From positions 558,965 to 622,964 of the forward strand of contig CAVXIR010000007.1 in NCBI GenBank assembly GCA_963761975.1: 64,000 nt of DNA, written 5' to 3'. Of this stretch, positions 53,287-63,127 are shown piece by piece. The notes under the pieces were generated by a model that was not told where the DNA came from, made no database searches, and worked only from the letters and a program-made list of their open reading frames with translations. A program made the translations under genes and the position numbers. The DNA comes from Vicinamibacterales bacterium. GTDB taxonomy: Bacteria; Acidobacteriota; Vicinamibacteria; Vicinamibacterales; JAMQPK01. Positions within the stretch are counted from its first letter, which is position 1; the number at the start of each line of letters is the position of its first letter.

Positions 53287-54036
53287 ATGAACCGTCGAGT
53301 GTTCGGCATGACTGTCCTCGGAGCGCTAGCCGCCGCACGTTCGGCATTCGGGCAAGCGCCAAACTGGAGCCAATTCAAGCCGCTCCCGGGCTCATTGAAG
53401 GAGAAGATGCACTCGGGCCAGCAGGTTCGAATCGTTGGTGCGACCTTCGACACCACGCGAGCGCAGCTCCAGGAACTCATCAAGAAAAACGGCAAGGTCG
53501 ACCTGTTCTCGCTGGACGCGCAACACCGTCCGCTGCCGGACGAGCGAGAACTGGTGAAGTTCTGCAAGCTTGCCGAGGAGCTCGGCGCGGGCGTTCAATT
53601 GCGCATCCAGCATCCCAAGTGGGCCTATATGACAGGTCGGTACGCCGACCTCGGTGTCCTGGCCGTCATGGTGCCACTGGTGGAAGAGGTCGAGACGACC
53701 GACGAAGCCATCAACAACTTCTACTATCCGCCGATCGGCAACCGCAGCTGGGGTGGGGAATTCAGATATGGAGAGAAGCCGCCGACCGATCGCCTGAAGT
53801 ACGCGCAGTGGTGGAACGGCAACGGACTGCTGGGCTTTCAAATCGAAACGCTTCGCGGCGCGCTCAATGCGAGAAACATCGTCAAGCCGGGCGTCGATTG
53901 GATCTCGTGGGGACCTGGGGACATGGCGTTCGACATCGAGCGACACTCCAACAGCCCGTTCAAGACTATTGAAGAGGCACACGCGTACGTGAAAGAGCAG
54001 TTGAAAGGCTATGACGTACGACTGCCGAGCAACTAG
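53287..54036 (+). CDS. HpcH/HpaI aldolase / citrate lyase-like family protein with signal peptide (249 aa)
   Basis: AGGAGG RBS. ..DAQH.P.....L..F...A...G....LRI.H......TGRYADLGVLAVMVP.VE..E.. resembles the HpcH/HpaI TIM barrel. Moderate certainty. Confidence 0.6.
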   Translation: MNRRVFGMTVLGALAAARSAFGQAPNWSQFKPLPGSLKEKMHSGQQVRIVGATFDTTRAQLQELIKKNGKVDLFSLDAQHRPLPDERELVKFCKLAEELGAGVQLRIQHPKWAYMTGRYADLGVLAVMVPLVEEVETTDEAINNFYYPPIGNRSWGGEFRYGEKPPTDRLKYAQWWNGNGLLGFQIETLRGALNARNIVKPGVDWISWGPGDMAFDIERHSNSPFKTIEEAHAYVKEQLKGYDVRLPSN

Positions 54037-54075
54037 CCGGTAGCCAGTAGCGGGTAGCGACCAGCTACCAGCTAG
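54034..54075. repeat. GGTAGC / GCTACC mini-palindrome filling the whole 35-nt gap between convergent stop codons
   Basis: TAGCCGGTAGCCAGTAGCGGGTAGCGACCAGCTACCAGCTAG. Confidence 0.8.
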
Positions 54076-54911
54076 ACGAAGTCTATCCGGAAGATATACC
54101 CGTGCGTAGGCGACACGTCGTCTTGCCAGCCGGGATGGATGCCGGCGTCGCTGCTGTAGAGTGCGCCGTTATACCAGGCAAGGCCGTGCGGATCGCTGGA
54201 GCCCTTGTCGAACGTCGCCGTCGCGAGCGTTCGCCCCGTTGCGGCGTCATACTGAATCAGCCCTGCCGATCCGTCGGCGAGGCCGGTGACGAGCCAGATT
54301 GAATTGTCGCGGCGGTCGTACGCCATGCCGTGTGCGCGCGGCACGTTGTAGTTGATGAAGAACTCGGGCTGCCACGTCTTGGCATCGACGCGAAGAATGC
54401 CGCGAAGACGGAGCGCGGCAATGTAGAGCTTGCCGTCGACATATTCGATACCGTGGCATCCGCCGCCGTTGTCTTTCGGTCCAAGCGGAATCTGACGGTG
54501 CGAAATGACCTTGCCGTTCAGATCCATTTCAAAGATGCCCTGTGGCGCCGCGTTCGCGGCCATCCAGACATGACCGCCGCCCCAGGCAATGCCGCTGGTA
54601 TTTTTGGACGGGGTTTTGACGGTCTTCAGCAGCTTGCCTTCCCAATCGGTCAGAACGGCATTGTCTGATTTCTGTTCGCCAATCCACAGACCCTCGGGCG
54701 CGACCGCAATCCCGTTCGGATACATCTCGGGGCTTTTGAAGAGGGCCACCGTCTTGATCTTCTTGACGGGAATGGGTGGCGGCGCGTTTCGATTGCCTTC
54801 GCCGAGGAACGTGGACCCCTGGCGCGGCTGCGGAGCCTGCGCGTGAGCCAATCCTGTACCGAGTAAACCGGCGCCGACCGTTTCCAGGAACGCTCTTCGT
54901 CTCATCGCCAT
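54072..54911 (-). CDS. secreted beta-propeller protein (glutaminyl-cyclase-like/NHL-like), Tat signal (279 aa)
   Basis: MAMRRRAFLETVGAGLLGTGLAHA, then repeated ..PNGIA.., ..SGIAWGGG.., ..HGIEY.DGKLY.., ..HGMAYD.. blades. Confidence 0.65.
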   Translation of the reverse strand: MAMRRRAFLETVGAGLLGTGLAHAQAPQPRQGSTFLGEGNRNAPPPIPVKKIKTVALFKSPEMYPNGIAVAPEGLWIGEQKSDNAVLTDWEGKLLKTVKTPSKNTSGIAWGGGHVWMAANAAPQGIFEMDLNGKVISHRQIPLGPKDNGGGCHGIEYVDGKLYIAALRLRGILRVDAKTWQPEFFINYNVPRAHGMAYDRRDNSIWLVTGLADGSAGLIQYDAATGRTLATATFDKGSSDPHGLAWYNGALYSSDAGIHPGWQDDVSPTHGYIFRIDFV

Positions 54912-54974
54912 GGCTCCATCCTCCGGGGAAGACCTGATTATCCGGGACGGCCACATGGTACCCGAGACAGGCCA

Positions 54975-55655
54975 CTAGTTCTTCGAAAAAATCAGTATGT
55001 GTTGCCGTGGCAGCCGGCCGTCGACGTTCCCGAACCTGTACCCTTCGGCTTCGAGCTCCATTCGGGCTTCGGCGACAGACAGTTTGTGCTCAAACCGAAT
55101 CGGTACCTCCGGGTCCTCTTTCCGGTATTCGAGGAGGACCAGCCGTCCGCCTGGCTTCAGCGCGTTGCGCAGGCCGCGCAGCATCTTCTGCGGCTCTGAG
55201 AACTCGTGATAGACGTCCACCATGAGCACCAAATCCACCGACGAAGGCGGCAGCTTTGGATCATCAGCGGCGCCCTGCACCAGCGTCACGTTGGCGACCC
55301 GCTCACCAGCCAGGCGGGTAGCAAGCATCTTCAACATCTCGGGTTGAAGATCGGTCGCGTAGACACGGCCCTTCGATCCGACGCGCGATGCAAGCCGCAC
55401 GGTGAAATATCCCGAGCCGGCACCGACGTCAGCCACCGTCAATCCAGTGAGCGTTCCCAGGGCATCGAGCGCCTTGTCGGGCTCTTCCTCGGTTTCGCGT
55501 TCGGAGCGCTCGAGCCACTCGGCGCCCTGCCAGCCCATGACGTTTGCGAATCGACGGCCGGAAATTGGATGAACGCCCGGCGCCGCAACGGTTTGCGCGA
55601 GGGCCATTCCCGTGGCCACGAGGACGACCAGCGTGGCCAGTTTCAACGGTCCCAT
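54975..55655 (-). CDS. class I SAM-dependent methyltransferase with signal peptide (226 aa)
   Basis: VADVGAGSGYFTVRLA (motif I), ..VYATDL.., ..VDLVLMVDVYHE.. and PGGRLVLLE. Confidence 0.8.
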   Translation of the reverse strand: MGPLKLATLVVLVATGMALAQTVAAPGVHPISGRRFANVMGWQGAEWLERSERETEEEPDKALDALGTLTGLTVADVGAGSGYFTVRLASRVGSKGRVYATDLQPEMLKMLATRLAGERVANVTLVQGAADDPKLPPSSVDLVLMVDVYHEFSEPQKMLRGLRNALKPGGRLVLLEYRKEDPEVPIRFEHKLSVAEARMELEAEGYRFGNVDGRLPRQHILIFSKN

Positions 55656-55692
55656 GTGCCCGGAGTTTATACTTCCTACGCGAGTGAAAACC

Positions 55693-56322
55693 ATGACGAT
55701 CAATTACGAATGGTATCGGGCCGGCGACCGAGATGAAACAACCAAGCTGCTCGGCGAAGCATTCAGCGAGCGGGATCCTCCGGCCGTTGCGGTAGGGCTG
55801 ACCTCGTCCGAGTTCGAGCATTTCATCCGGCTCCTGTGTCCAAAAGCTGCGGAGGAAGGATTGTCGATCGTCGCCCGAGACGGCGCCACCGGTGAGATGG
55901 TGGGCGCTCTTCTGGCCGAAGACTCTGCCTCGACGATTCCCGAAGGATTGGAGACCTTGAGCCCGAAGCTCAATCCCATTTTCGACATTCTCGGACAGCT
56001 CGATGCCGAGTACCGCAATGGCGGGCGCGCCAGGCCGGGAGAATCGCTGCACCTTTTTCTGCTCGGTGTCGCACGCGGGCATGCCGGGCAGGGGATTGGC
56101 CATGGTCTGGTTGCGGCCTGTTTGAAGAACAATGCGCCGCGCGGCTTTCGCATCGCGGTGACCGAGGCCACCAACAAGACATCGCAGCACATCTTTCGAA
56201 AGCAGGGTTTCGTTGAGCGGGTGCGACGATCGTATTCAGACCACCGCTTTGAAGGACAGGCACACTTCCTGTCGATTGCGGCGGAACACGGCGGACCCGT
56301 TTTGCTCGATAAGGCGATCTAA
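55693..56322 (+). CDS. GNAT family N-acetyltransferase (209 aa)
   Basis: ..LFLLGVARGHAGQGIGHGLVAACL.. acetyl-CoA binding motif (Q/R-x-x-G-x-G/A). Confidence 0.7.
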   Translation: MTINYEWYRAGDRDETTKLLGEAFSERDPPAVAVGLTSSEFEHFIRLLCPKAAEEGLSIVARDGATGEMVGALLAEDSASTIPEGLETLSPKLNPIFDILGQLDAEYRNGGRARPGESLHLFLLGVARGHAGQGIGHGLVAACLKNNAPRGFRIAVTEATNKTSQHIFRKQGFVERVRRSYSDHRFEGQAHFLSIAAEHGGPVLLDKAI

Positions 56323-56323
56323 G

Positions 56324-56425
56324 GCATTGCCGCATTTTCAATTGACAACTGCCATATTGATTGACGATTCACACTTGGTCAGTCGCCAATCAATTAGAAA
56401 TTGTCAATTGAAAATGTGGCAATGC
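56324..56425. repeat. GCATTGCC...GGCAATGC palindromic element, copy c (102 bp)
   Basis: Termini GCATTGCCGCATTTTCAATTGACAA / TTGTCAATTGAAAATGTGGCAATGC. Lies between convergent gene ends. Confidence 0.85.
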
Positions 56426-56439
56426 ATGAAGGCCTTCGT

Positions 56440-56817
56440 TCATGCCTGCCGACCCCTACGGTTCGCCCTCCGCCCTTTGCCGGCGCTCGACGTATACCGC
56501 CACGCCATCTCGAGCACCTCACGCAAATCGCCTCGCTTCACGATTGTCAGCCGGACCAGGACGACTGGATAGCTCGCGTAATGCTTCCGAACGTAATACG
56601 TCGATGGATCTTTGACGACCAGCAAGTCGCGGTTCACGAACCCGACCTGAACGACGAGCGAATCGGGGTCTGCCGCCTTGTTGGTGGCGAGACACGCGAG
56701 CATTTTCCCGCGCAGCTTCAGTGCGGGCGATCCGTACATCGTGCCTTCTTCGACGTCAGGTAAAGAGCCGCCCAACTCACGCACGACGTCGAAGGCTGCC
56801 GACTTCTTGCTATGCAT
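56440..56817 (-). CDS. MmcQ/YjbR family DNA-binding protein (125 aa)
   Basis: ..ALKLRGKMLA......D...LVV.V........V..DP..YY...HY..YP.VLVRL matches the YjbR-like pattern. Overlaps the antiporter 3' end by 8 nt. Confidence 0.65.
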   Translation of the reverse strand: MHSKKSAAFDVVRELGGSLPDVEEGTMYGSPALKLRGKMLACLATNKAADPDSLVVQVGFVNRDLLVVKDPSTYYVRKHYASYPVVLVRLTIVKRGDLREVLEMAWRYTSSAGKGRRANRRGRQA

Positions 56818-58351
56818 CGAGCATCTCCAAATCCTCGCGCGGGGTCGCGTGCAACTCGGCCCAGTCGAGCTCTTCCTCGAGCCGATGAAACGCATCGTCT
56901 GAGATCTTCCCCCCGCTCCGCAATTTCGCGAGCAGCTCGCGCTGTGCGCAAATGGCATCCAACCGGATGCGGTCATGCCCGGTGTCGGCTTGTGGATTCG
57001 AGCGATTCTGGGCGACCGTGCGCATGGCTTCGTATTCGGCCCGTACGCCTGCAACCGCGTCGCTGTTCCGGTCGCGAAGCGTGGCAAGCGCGGCATCAAC
57101 AAGGGCGGTGCGGGCTCGGGAGACTTCTCCTTCGAGTGAACGGTCGGGCTCGAGCCTGAGCCAGCGTATGAGCAGATTCACCGTGAGCCCCTGAACGATC
57201 AACGACCCCAGCACCACGATAAACGCGCTGAGCACGATGACATCGCGATGGGGAAACCCGGCCGGAAGCGCGAACGCGGTGGCGAGTGTGACGAGCCCGC
57301 GCATTCCACACCACGAGATGAGAAGCGCCTCCCGCGGCGTCGTCGATTCGAACCTTGCGCCCAGTCGAAACACCCGCGGTGCCAGGCTGCTCGTCATGAC
57401 CCACACGATGCGGACGAGTACGACGACGACGAGAACCGTCAGGGCAAACCCGATGGCGTTCCATCGCGTGGCATCGTCCAGACGCGTCAGAATCGTGCGT
57501 GCCTGAAGCCCCATCAGGAGAAAGGCGAGCACGTTGAGGACGAAGACGGTGAGCTCCCAGATCGCATACGAGTGCACGCGATCGCGCGCGCTTTGAATCG
57601 CCGGACCGTCGCGGGCCACGGTCATCGCGAACGCCACGATCGCCAGAATCGGTGAAATGTGCAGGTGCTCGGCGATGACCCACGTGCCGAACGTGACGAC
57701 GAATTCCGAGACTCGAGCCGTGAGCGTCTGCCCGAGCCACGCCTTCATCCTGAAATAGAGCTTTGCGAACACCCACCCAAGCAGGAGGCCGCCGGGCGCC
57801 GCGATAATCAATTGCGGAGCCATCGACCCTATCGATGGCTCCTCATGCGTGGCGATGGCAACCGCCGCCGTAAACATCAAGAGCGACGTGGCATCATTCA
57901 GCAGGCTTTCACCCTGCAGAATCGCCATGGTGCGGCGGGGGAGCGGAAACTTCGTCAGAACAGCCGCCGCCGCGGCTGCGTCTGGCGGCGCCACAATCGC
58001 GCCGAGTGCAATCGCCGCAGCGAGCGGCATCCCAGCGAGTGCCCAGCCGGTCCACGCCACAGCTGCGGTTGTCAGCACAACGGCGAAGAGCGCAAGCCCG
58101 GTGAGAGGCAGCCAGTCGCGTCGCAGCTCGCGCGGCGGAAGGTCGTAGGCCGCATCGAGCAGCGCGGGTGCGATGAACAACGCGAGCGCGAGGCGCGGCT
58201 CCATCTCGATCTCCGGCGCCCACGGCAGCGCCGCGACGCACGCGCCGGCAAACGCGAGCATCGTCGGATACGGCGCGCCGATATGGCCGGAGAGCTTCAA
58301 GAGGACAATCGAGACGAGCAGGAGCGCGAGCAGGCTCTCGAAGAGGGCCAT
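56810..58351 (-). CDS. Na+/H+ antiporter (CPA1 family, 513 aa)
   Basis: Eleven to twelve TM segments, ..LLNDATSLLMF.. motif and a C-terminal soluble helical domain. Confidence 0.88.
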   Translation of the reverse strand: MALFESLLALLLVSIVLLKLSGHIGAPYPTMLAFAGACVAALPWAPEIEMEPRLALALFIAPALLDAAYDLPPRELRRDWLPLTGLALFAVVLTTAAVAWTGWALAGMPLAAAIALGAIVAPPDAAAAAAVLTKFPLPRRTMAILQGESLLNDATSLLMFTAAVAIATHEEPSIGSMAPQLIIAAPGGLLLGWVFAKLYFRMKAWLGQTLTARVSEFVVTFGTWVIAEHLHISPILAIVAFAMTVARDGPAIQSARDRVHSYAIWELTVFVLNVLAFLLMGLQARTILTRLDDATRWNAIGFALTVLVVVVLVRIVWVMTSSLAPRVFRLGARFESTTPREALLISWCGMRGLVTLATAFALPAGFPHRDVIVLSAFIVVLGSLIVQGLTVNLLIRWLRLEPDRSLEGEVSRARTALVDAALATLRDRNSDAVAGVRAEYEAMRTVAQNRSNPQADTGHDRIRLDAICAQRELLAKLRSGGKISDDAFHRLEEELDWAELHATPREDLEMLDA

Positions 58352-58354
58352 CGC

Positions 58355-58537
58355 CTACCGCTTTTTCCGGGTTGCTGTTCGTTTCCGCCGGGTAGCCGTT
58401 CGTTTCCGCTTTACACGCTCAGGCAGCGTCTTTCCGCCGGTCTCCCGGTTCCATTCCTCGAATGTCTTGTTGGAGATTTTTCCCTGAACCAGCAATTCGG
58501 CAAATTTCCGGCGCTGCGCCTGGCTCTTGAAGGGCAT
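58355..58537 (-). CDS. small basic protein (60 aa)
   Basis: MPFKSQAQRRKFAELLVQGKIS.. with a tandemly duplicated tail RKRTATR-RKRTATR. Confidence 0.45.
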   Translation of the reverse strand: MPFKSQAQRRKFAELLVQGKISNKTFEEWNRETGGKTLPERVKRKRTATRRKRTATRKKR

Positions 58538-58622
58538 AACCGGAGTTTAGCCGAACCCGAATCTGCCAATCTCCCGAGGCCGATGGTGCGTAGTGTCCCT
58601 ATGGACTACGATGTCCCGTCCT

Positions 58623-59705
58623 ATGAGAAAGGCCGCATTGTGGGCGGTTATTGCGTGTTGCCTGCCTTCCCTGGCGTCCGCCCATCCGGTGCCTTTCAGC
58701 TACATCGACGCGCGCATCCAGCCTGCCGGCATTGAGGTCACCGTCGTCGCACACATTTTTGACCTCGCCAACGACCTCAAGCTTGAGCCGCCTGAACGGC
58801 TGCTCGACCCTCAGACACTGAAGGCGCAGGCTGGCGCGATTGGGCAGCTGCTGAACGATCGCCTTGCGATCACGGCGTATGGGACCCGGCTGGCGCATGC
58901 GGCGTGGTCCGAGCCCGAGGCGCTGCCGGAACGGCAGTCGATCCGGCTCCAGACACGTTACGACCTCCCACGACAGCCCGGCAGGCTGGACGTGACGACA
59001 CTGATGTTTCCCTACGACCCGCAGCACAAGACCTTCTTGAATGTGTACGAGAAGGATCAGGTCGCCGCGCAAGCCATTCTGGATAAAAACAAGACAACTT
59101 TTCAATACTTCATGGGCACGCGGCAGGGCACCTGGGCGGTGCTGGAGCGCTTCGTGCCGGCCGGCGTGCACCACATCCTGATTGGGCCCGACCATCTGAT
59201 GTTTCTGGCCGGGCTCCTGCTGCTTGGCGGCACGCTAAAGCAATTGCTCATCGTCGTTTCCGCGTTCACCGTCGCCCACAGCATCACGCTCTCGCTGGCG
59301 GCGCTGGGTCTGGTCATCCCGCCCGCCAACGCCATCGAGCCGGCGATAGCGCTCAGCGTCGTGTACGTCGGCGCGGACAATCTGCTCGTCAGGGCGGGCG
59401 GGCGCGATACGCGCGTGTGGGTTGCGTTCGCCTTCGGGCTGATTCACGGTTTCGGGTTCGCGAACGTCCTCCGGGAGATGGATTTACCTAATCGGGCGCT
59501 CGGATGGACGCTATTCTCCTTTAATATAGGAGTCGAAATCGGACAGCTCGTCGTGGTGGTGCTCATCGCGGCACTGTTCGCATGGATTCGATCGCGCAGC
59601 GAGATCGCCGGGCGGCGGCTCGCGGTGGCCGGCTCAATCGTCGTGATGCTGGCCGGCGCATTCTGGTTCGTTCAACGGGTCTTCTTTTCTGGAGGCACGG
59701 CATGA
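58623..59705 (+). CDS. HupE/UreJ family membrane protein with N-terminal periplasmic domain
   Basis: ..GVHHILIGPDHLMFLAGLLL.., ..FTVAHSITLSLA.. and ..FGLIHGFGFA.. motifs. Start uncertain (58593 or 58623). Confidence 0.78.
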   Translation: MRKAALWAVIACCLPSLASAHPVPFSYIDARIQPAGIEVTVVAHIFDLANDLKLEPPERLLDPQTLKAQAGAIGQLLNDRLAITAYGTRLAHAAWSEPEALPERQSIRLQTRYDLPRQPGRLDVTTLMFPYDPQHKTFLNVYEKDQVAAQAILDKNKTTFQYFMGTRQGTWAVLERFVPAGVHHILIGPDHLMFLAGLLLLGGTLKQLLIVVSAFTVAHSITLSLAALGLVIPPANAIEPAIALSVVYVGADNLLVRAGGRDTRVWVAFAFGLIHGFGFANVLREMDLPNRALGWTLFSFNIGVEIGQLVVVVLIAALFAWIRSRSEIAGRRLAVAGSIVVMLAGAFWFVQRVFFSGGTA

Positions 59706-60625
59706 GGCGCATCATCCTTCTCACAGCCTTGATCGCTGTCGGCGCAATGACGTTCGTCGTTGCGCAGCAGGGCGGGCAAAAGCCCATGGTGGTCGAGGTC
59801 GAAAAACTGAAAGACAACCTGTTCATTCTCAAGGGTGGCGGAGGCAACACAACCGTCTTCGTCCAGTCGAACGGCATCAGCGTCGTCGACACGAAGAATC
59901 CGGGCTGGGGCGCGCCGATTCTGGCGAAGATCAAGGAGCTGAGCGACAAACCGATCACGACCATCATCAACACGCACACGCACGGCGATCACGTGAGCGG
60001 CAACGTCGAGTTTCCGACGACGGTCGATATCGTCGTTCAGGAAAATACGGCGACCAACATGAAGCAGATGCGGCCTGTGACCGGCATGAGCAAGCCCGGT
60101 GCGCCGCCGCCGACGAACATCTTCGAGCAGAACGGTGGCAAGGGCCTTCCGAAGCGCACCTTCAAAGATCAGATGACGCTCTTCAAGGGCCCCGATCAAA
60201 TCGACCTGTACTACTTCGGTCGCGGTCACACGAACGGTGACGCCTGGGTGGTCTTCCCATCGCTGCGCGTCGTGTCCGCGGGCGACATTGTCTCGGGTAA
60301 GAACCTCCCGCTGCTCGACGCCAACAATGGTGGTAGCGGCCTCGAGATCGGCGACACCATCGGCAAGGCGCACAGCACGTTCAGTAAGCTGGCCGACACC
60401 GTCGTGACGGGTCACAGCGTCAACATGAACATGACCGAGCTCCAGGAGTACGCGACGTTCAACCGCGAATTTGCGGCCATGGTGCGGGAGGGGAAGAAGG
60501 CCGGTAAAAGTGCAGAGGAAATGGCAAAATCCTGGCAGCAGCCCGCCAAGTACACCGGCTATGCAGAGCCTCAGCCGGCGCGGCTAAGTACGAACGTTCA
60601 AGTGATTTACGACGAAATCAAATGA
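59702..60625 (+). CDS. MBL-fold metallo-hydrolase, secreted (307 aa)
   Basis: ATGA overlap with the HupE-like gene. THTHGDH zinc motif. Confidence 0.85.
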   Translation: MRRIILLTALIAVGAMTFVVAQQGGQKPMVVEVEKLKDNLFILKGGGGNTTVFVQSNGISVVDTKNPGWGAPILAKIKELSDKPITTIINTHTHGDHVSGNVEFPTTVDIVVQENTATNMKQMRPVTGMSKPGAPPPTNIFEQNGGKGLPKRTFKDQMTLFKGPDQIDLYYFGRGHTNGDAWVVFPSLRVVSAGDIVSGKNLPLLDANNGGSGLEIGDTIGKAHSTFSKLADTVVTGHSVNMNMTELQEYATFNREFAAMVREGKKAGKSAEEMAKSWQQPAKYTGYAEPQPARLSTNVQVIYDEIK

Positions 60626-60630
60626 ACGCT

Positions 60631-60668
60631 GGCAAAGGGCTAAGGGCAAAGGGCTAAGGCCTAAAGGA
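60631..60668. repeat. short array of AAGGGCTA units
   Basis: GCAAAGGGCTAAGGGCAAAGGGCTAAGGCCTAAAGG, related to 53177-53233. Confidence 0.75.
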
Positions 60669-60678
60669 CGGCTGAGTT

Positions 60679-60706
60679 GTTCGCTGCGTGAAAAGGCGCA
60701 GCGAAC
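60679..60706 (+). terminator. 10-bp perfect hairpin GTTCGCTGCG-TGAAAAGG-CGCAGCGAAC downstream of the MBL gene (no T-tract)
   Basis: Read directly, 54 nt after the stop. Confidence 0.4.
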
Positions 60707-61002
60707 GGCTTCGCCTCCGTAAGGCGTGCATCAGCCCGTCCGGGGAAACGGTGCAGACGGCAAGCAGCGCAGCCGATATCCATCTCTTAGAGAGTATCGC
60801 CCCCCAACTCCACCGCTTTGTGAACGCCATAGCTAGCCGAAATTGGTGCCTTTCGTGAAGTATTCGTTTGGGCCGTGGCAAGTATGTGCGCAAGTTCAGG
60901 TTGGGGCGTGAATGCGTCAAGATTCCGACGTATCCCGCCTGCCATGGGTGCAAAAGTGATAAAGAATTTCACGCTCAGGCAAAATTGGGACCCGTACAAC
61001 CC

Positions 61003-61031
61003 TTGACTTGTTTGGTTACCGCCCGTACATT
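61003..61031 (+). promoter_or_regulatory. candidate sigma70-type promoter TTGACT-17nt-TACATT
   Basis: Near-consensus hexamers with a 17-nt spacer in an AT-richer non-coding stretch, about 95 nt upstream of the protease ATG. Confidence 0.35.
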
Positions 61032-61128
61032 GGATCATCGCCTAAACGCTGTCCCTGAGCGTTGGGGTTTCCCACAACTACTATTCGGACGTGATGGGCG
61101 AAGCCCTTCACAGCGGAGCTGTAGCTCT

Positions 61129-61950
61129 ATGCGCCTCAGTCGACGCACTCGACGCACGTTGCTTGTCTCTGGGCTGGCGATTTGTATTGCCGCGCTGGGC
61201 TTTTCCCTGGGCGCCTGGTACTCGCAGCGTCGTCTCGAAAACAGGATCGCGGCCGCGATCCAAGCGCAGAGCTCTCTCCAGAACGCGCTTGCCTCCGAAG
61301 TCACGCATCATCTGACGACCGAAATGGGGCTCATGCCGATCAGCCTGCTGCGCGATCGGCGTAAGAGTTTCGTCGAGGTGAATGCCTACGACGAGTTTGG
61401 CGCGATGCGTTACAGCACGGCGGGATACCTGGGCAATGGGTACTTCATTACGGTGAAGCACGGTGTCATGGCGCTGAACGAAGACCAGCACCGCACAGAT
61501 TCGGTCGTCGTGCTCTACAAGAACAACCCGATTCCGGCGCTCGTCGTCGACAGCGGCTCAGCCGACGCCGAGGTGCATCCCGGAGATTGGGCCATCATCA
61601 AGATCGATGAAGAAATCGACCTGCCGCCGCTGAGTATCGATATCGAATACGACTACGACTTCGCCGATCCCATCTTCCGTCTTGGAAACGACTACTCGAA
61701 GGGCATCATTCTCAGCACCGGCTACATTGGCCAGAAGACGTCGAACGGCCTTGTGACGTCGCTGACCGATGGCCATCCCGGTGTGTCTGGCGGGGGAGTG
61801 CTGAACAAGAAAGGCAATCTCGTCGGCATTCCGATCGGCCGCATGGAAGCCGACTATCGGTTTTCGTTCATCCTGCCGCTGCGTGCAGAGATGTTCCGGA
61901 AGGTCCCGTCACTGTCGGCCGGGCACATTCAACCGACCAACGGTTCATAA
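61129..61950 (+). CDS. membrane-anchored trypsin-like (S1/PA clan) serine protease (273 aa)
   Basis: N-terminal TM anchor. Candidate triad TVKHGV (His), GDWAIIK (Asp) and GHPGVSGGGV (Ser). Confidence 0.7.
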   Translation: MRLSRRTRRTLLVSGLAICIAALGFSLGAWYSQRRLENRIAAAIQAQSSLQNALASEVTHHLTTEMGLMPISLLRDRRKSFVEVNAYDEFGAMRYSTAGYLGNGYFITVKHGVMALNEDQHRTDSVVVLYKNNPIPALVVDSGSADAEVHPGDWAIIKIDEEIDLPPLSIDIEYDYDFADPIFRLGNDYSKGIILSTGYIGQKTSNGLVTSLTDGHPGVSGGGVLNKKGNLVGIPIGRMEADYRFSFILPLRAEMFRKVPSLSAGHIQPTNGS

Positions 61951-62152
61951 TATTTCCAAAGACATTCGCACGAAATCATTGGCTGCCTTGGCTCCGCAGC
62001 TCTTCGGTGAGGTGCGCCACACGTCCAGAAGTTCCCGCACTCCTCGTAACCGTCCCCCCAAGCGCCCTCCGTGTTAGTATCCGCCCGATCAGCGTCTCGC
62101 CGGCGTTAGCCGGATCGAGCATCTCCGACAATCGAGTCCGGATTGGACTCTT

Positions 62153-62980
62153 GTGACTCTCATGACCGAACCAGACGCTTATCTTCTTGGACGCAGCCGG
62201 GTCGAGGAAGAGCGCCTCCGCAAGCAGGTCCAGGAGCTCGCCGGGGAGGCGCACTGGTTGCTCGATCAGCTCGACATTCGGCCCGGCGCAAGGGCGATCG
62301 ATCTCGGCTGCGGGCCGCAAGGGGTGTTGGATCTGCTCTCCGCCCGCGTGGGACCGTCAGGTACTGTGCTGGGGCTTGAAGCGAGCGAGCACTTCGTCGC
62401 ATCGGCCAGAAAGTACGTGGCCGATCGACGGCTGGCCAACGTAGAAGTCGTGCAGGGCGACGCGAAGGCCACGAACCTGCCACGAGAGTCGTTCGACGTG
62501 GTTTTCTGTCGGCTGGTCTTTGTCAACGTGCCAGAGCCGGAACGGGTGGCCGAAGAGATGGTCGCGCTCGTGCGGCCGGGCGGTGTCGTCGCGAGTCACG
62601 AAGCGGACTACTTGCCGCATTTTTGCGATCCGCCCTCGCCCGCATGGGACCGCCTGTTCGAGATCCTCCAGGCATACTCTCGCGCGAGGGGGATCGATCT
62701 GTTCGTCGGGAGGAAAACCCATCGCATGCTGGCCGACGCGGGGATCGTGGAGGTTCGCGTCAATCCCGTGATCCACGTCTACCCGCACGGACACAACCGC
62801 CGAACGATCTTCCTGGATTTCATCCAGAACATCCGCGACGCAGCCGTCCGAGGGGGCTTCGCGGAGGAAGCGGAGTTGACCCAACTTGTCGAGGAAGTGC
62901 GACGCCACCTCGACGACCCTCGCACGCTAGTGGTTTCGCACCTCTTCTTTCAGGTTTGGGGCCGTAAACCGGAGCGCTAG
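62153..62980 (+). CDS. class I SAM-dependent methyltransferase (275 aa; start 62153 GTG or 62162 ATG)
   Basis: AIDLGCGPQG (motif I), ..VLGLE.., ..FDVVFCRLVF.. and PGGVV. Confidence 0.8.
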   Translation: MTLMTEPDAYLLGRSRVEEERLRKQVQELAGEAHWLLDQLDIRPGARAIDLGCGPQGVLDLLSARVGPSGTVLGLEASEHFVASARKYVADRRLANVEVVQGDAKATNLPRESFDVVFCRLVFVNVPEPERVAEEMVALVRPGGVVASHEADYLPHFCDPPSPAWDRLFEILQAYSRARGIDLFVGRKTHRMLADAGIVEVRVNPVIHVYPHGHNRRTIFLDFIQNIRDAAVRGGFAEEAELTQLVEEVRRHLDDPRTLVVSHLFFQVWGRKPER

Positions 62981-63127
62981 TCGCATCGAGTCGATGAGCT
63001 TGTTACCGGGAATCGACGGCAATGTTTCGATTCATCATGCCTCCACAAGCGTCCCCTACGCTGATTGGTCACGCGGCTGATTGCCGAGGTCGATGCCGGA
63101 GCCGTTTCTATTGCTCGGGAGAGATAG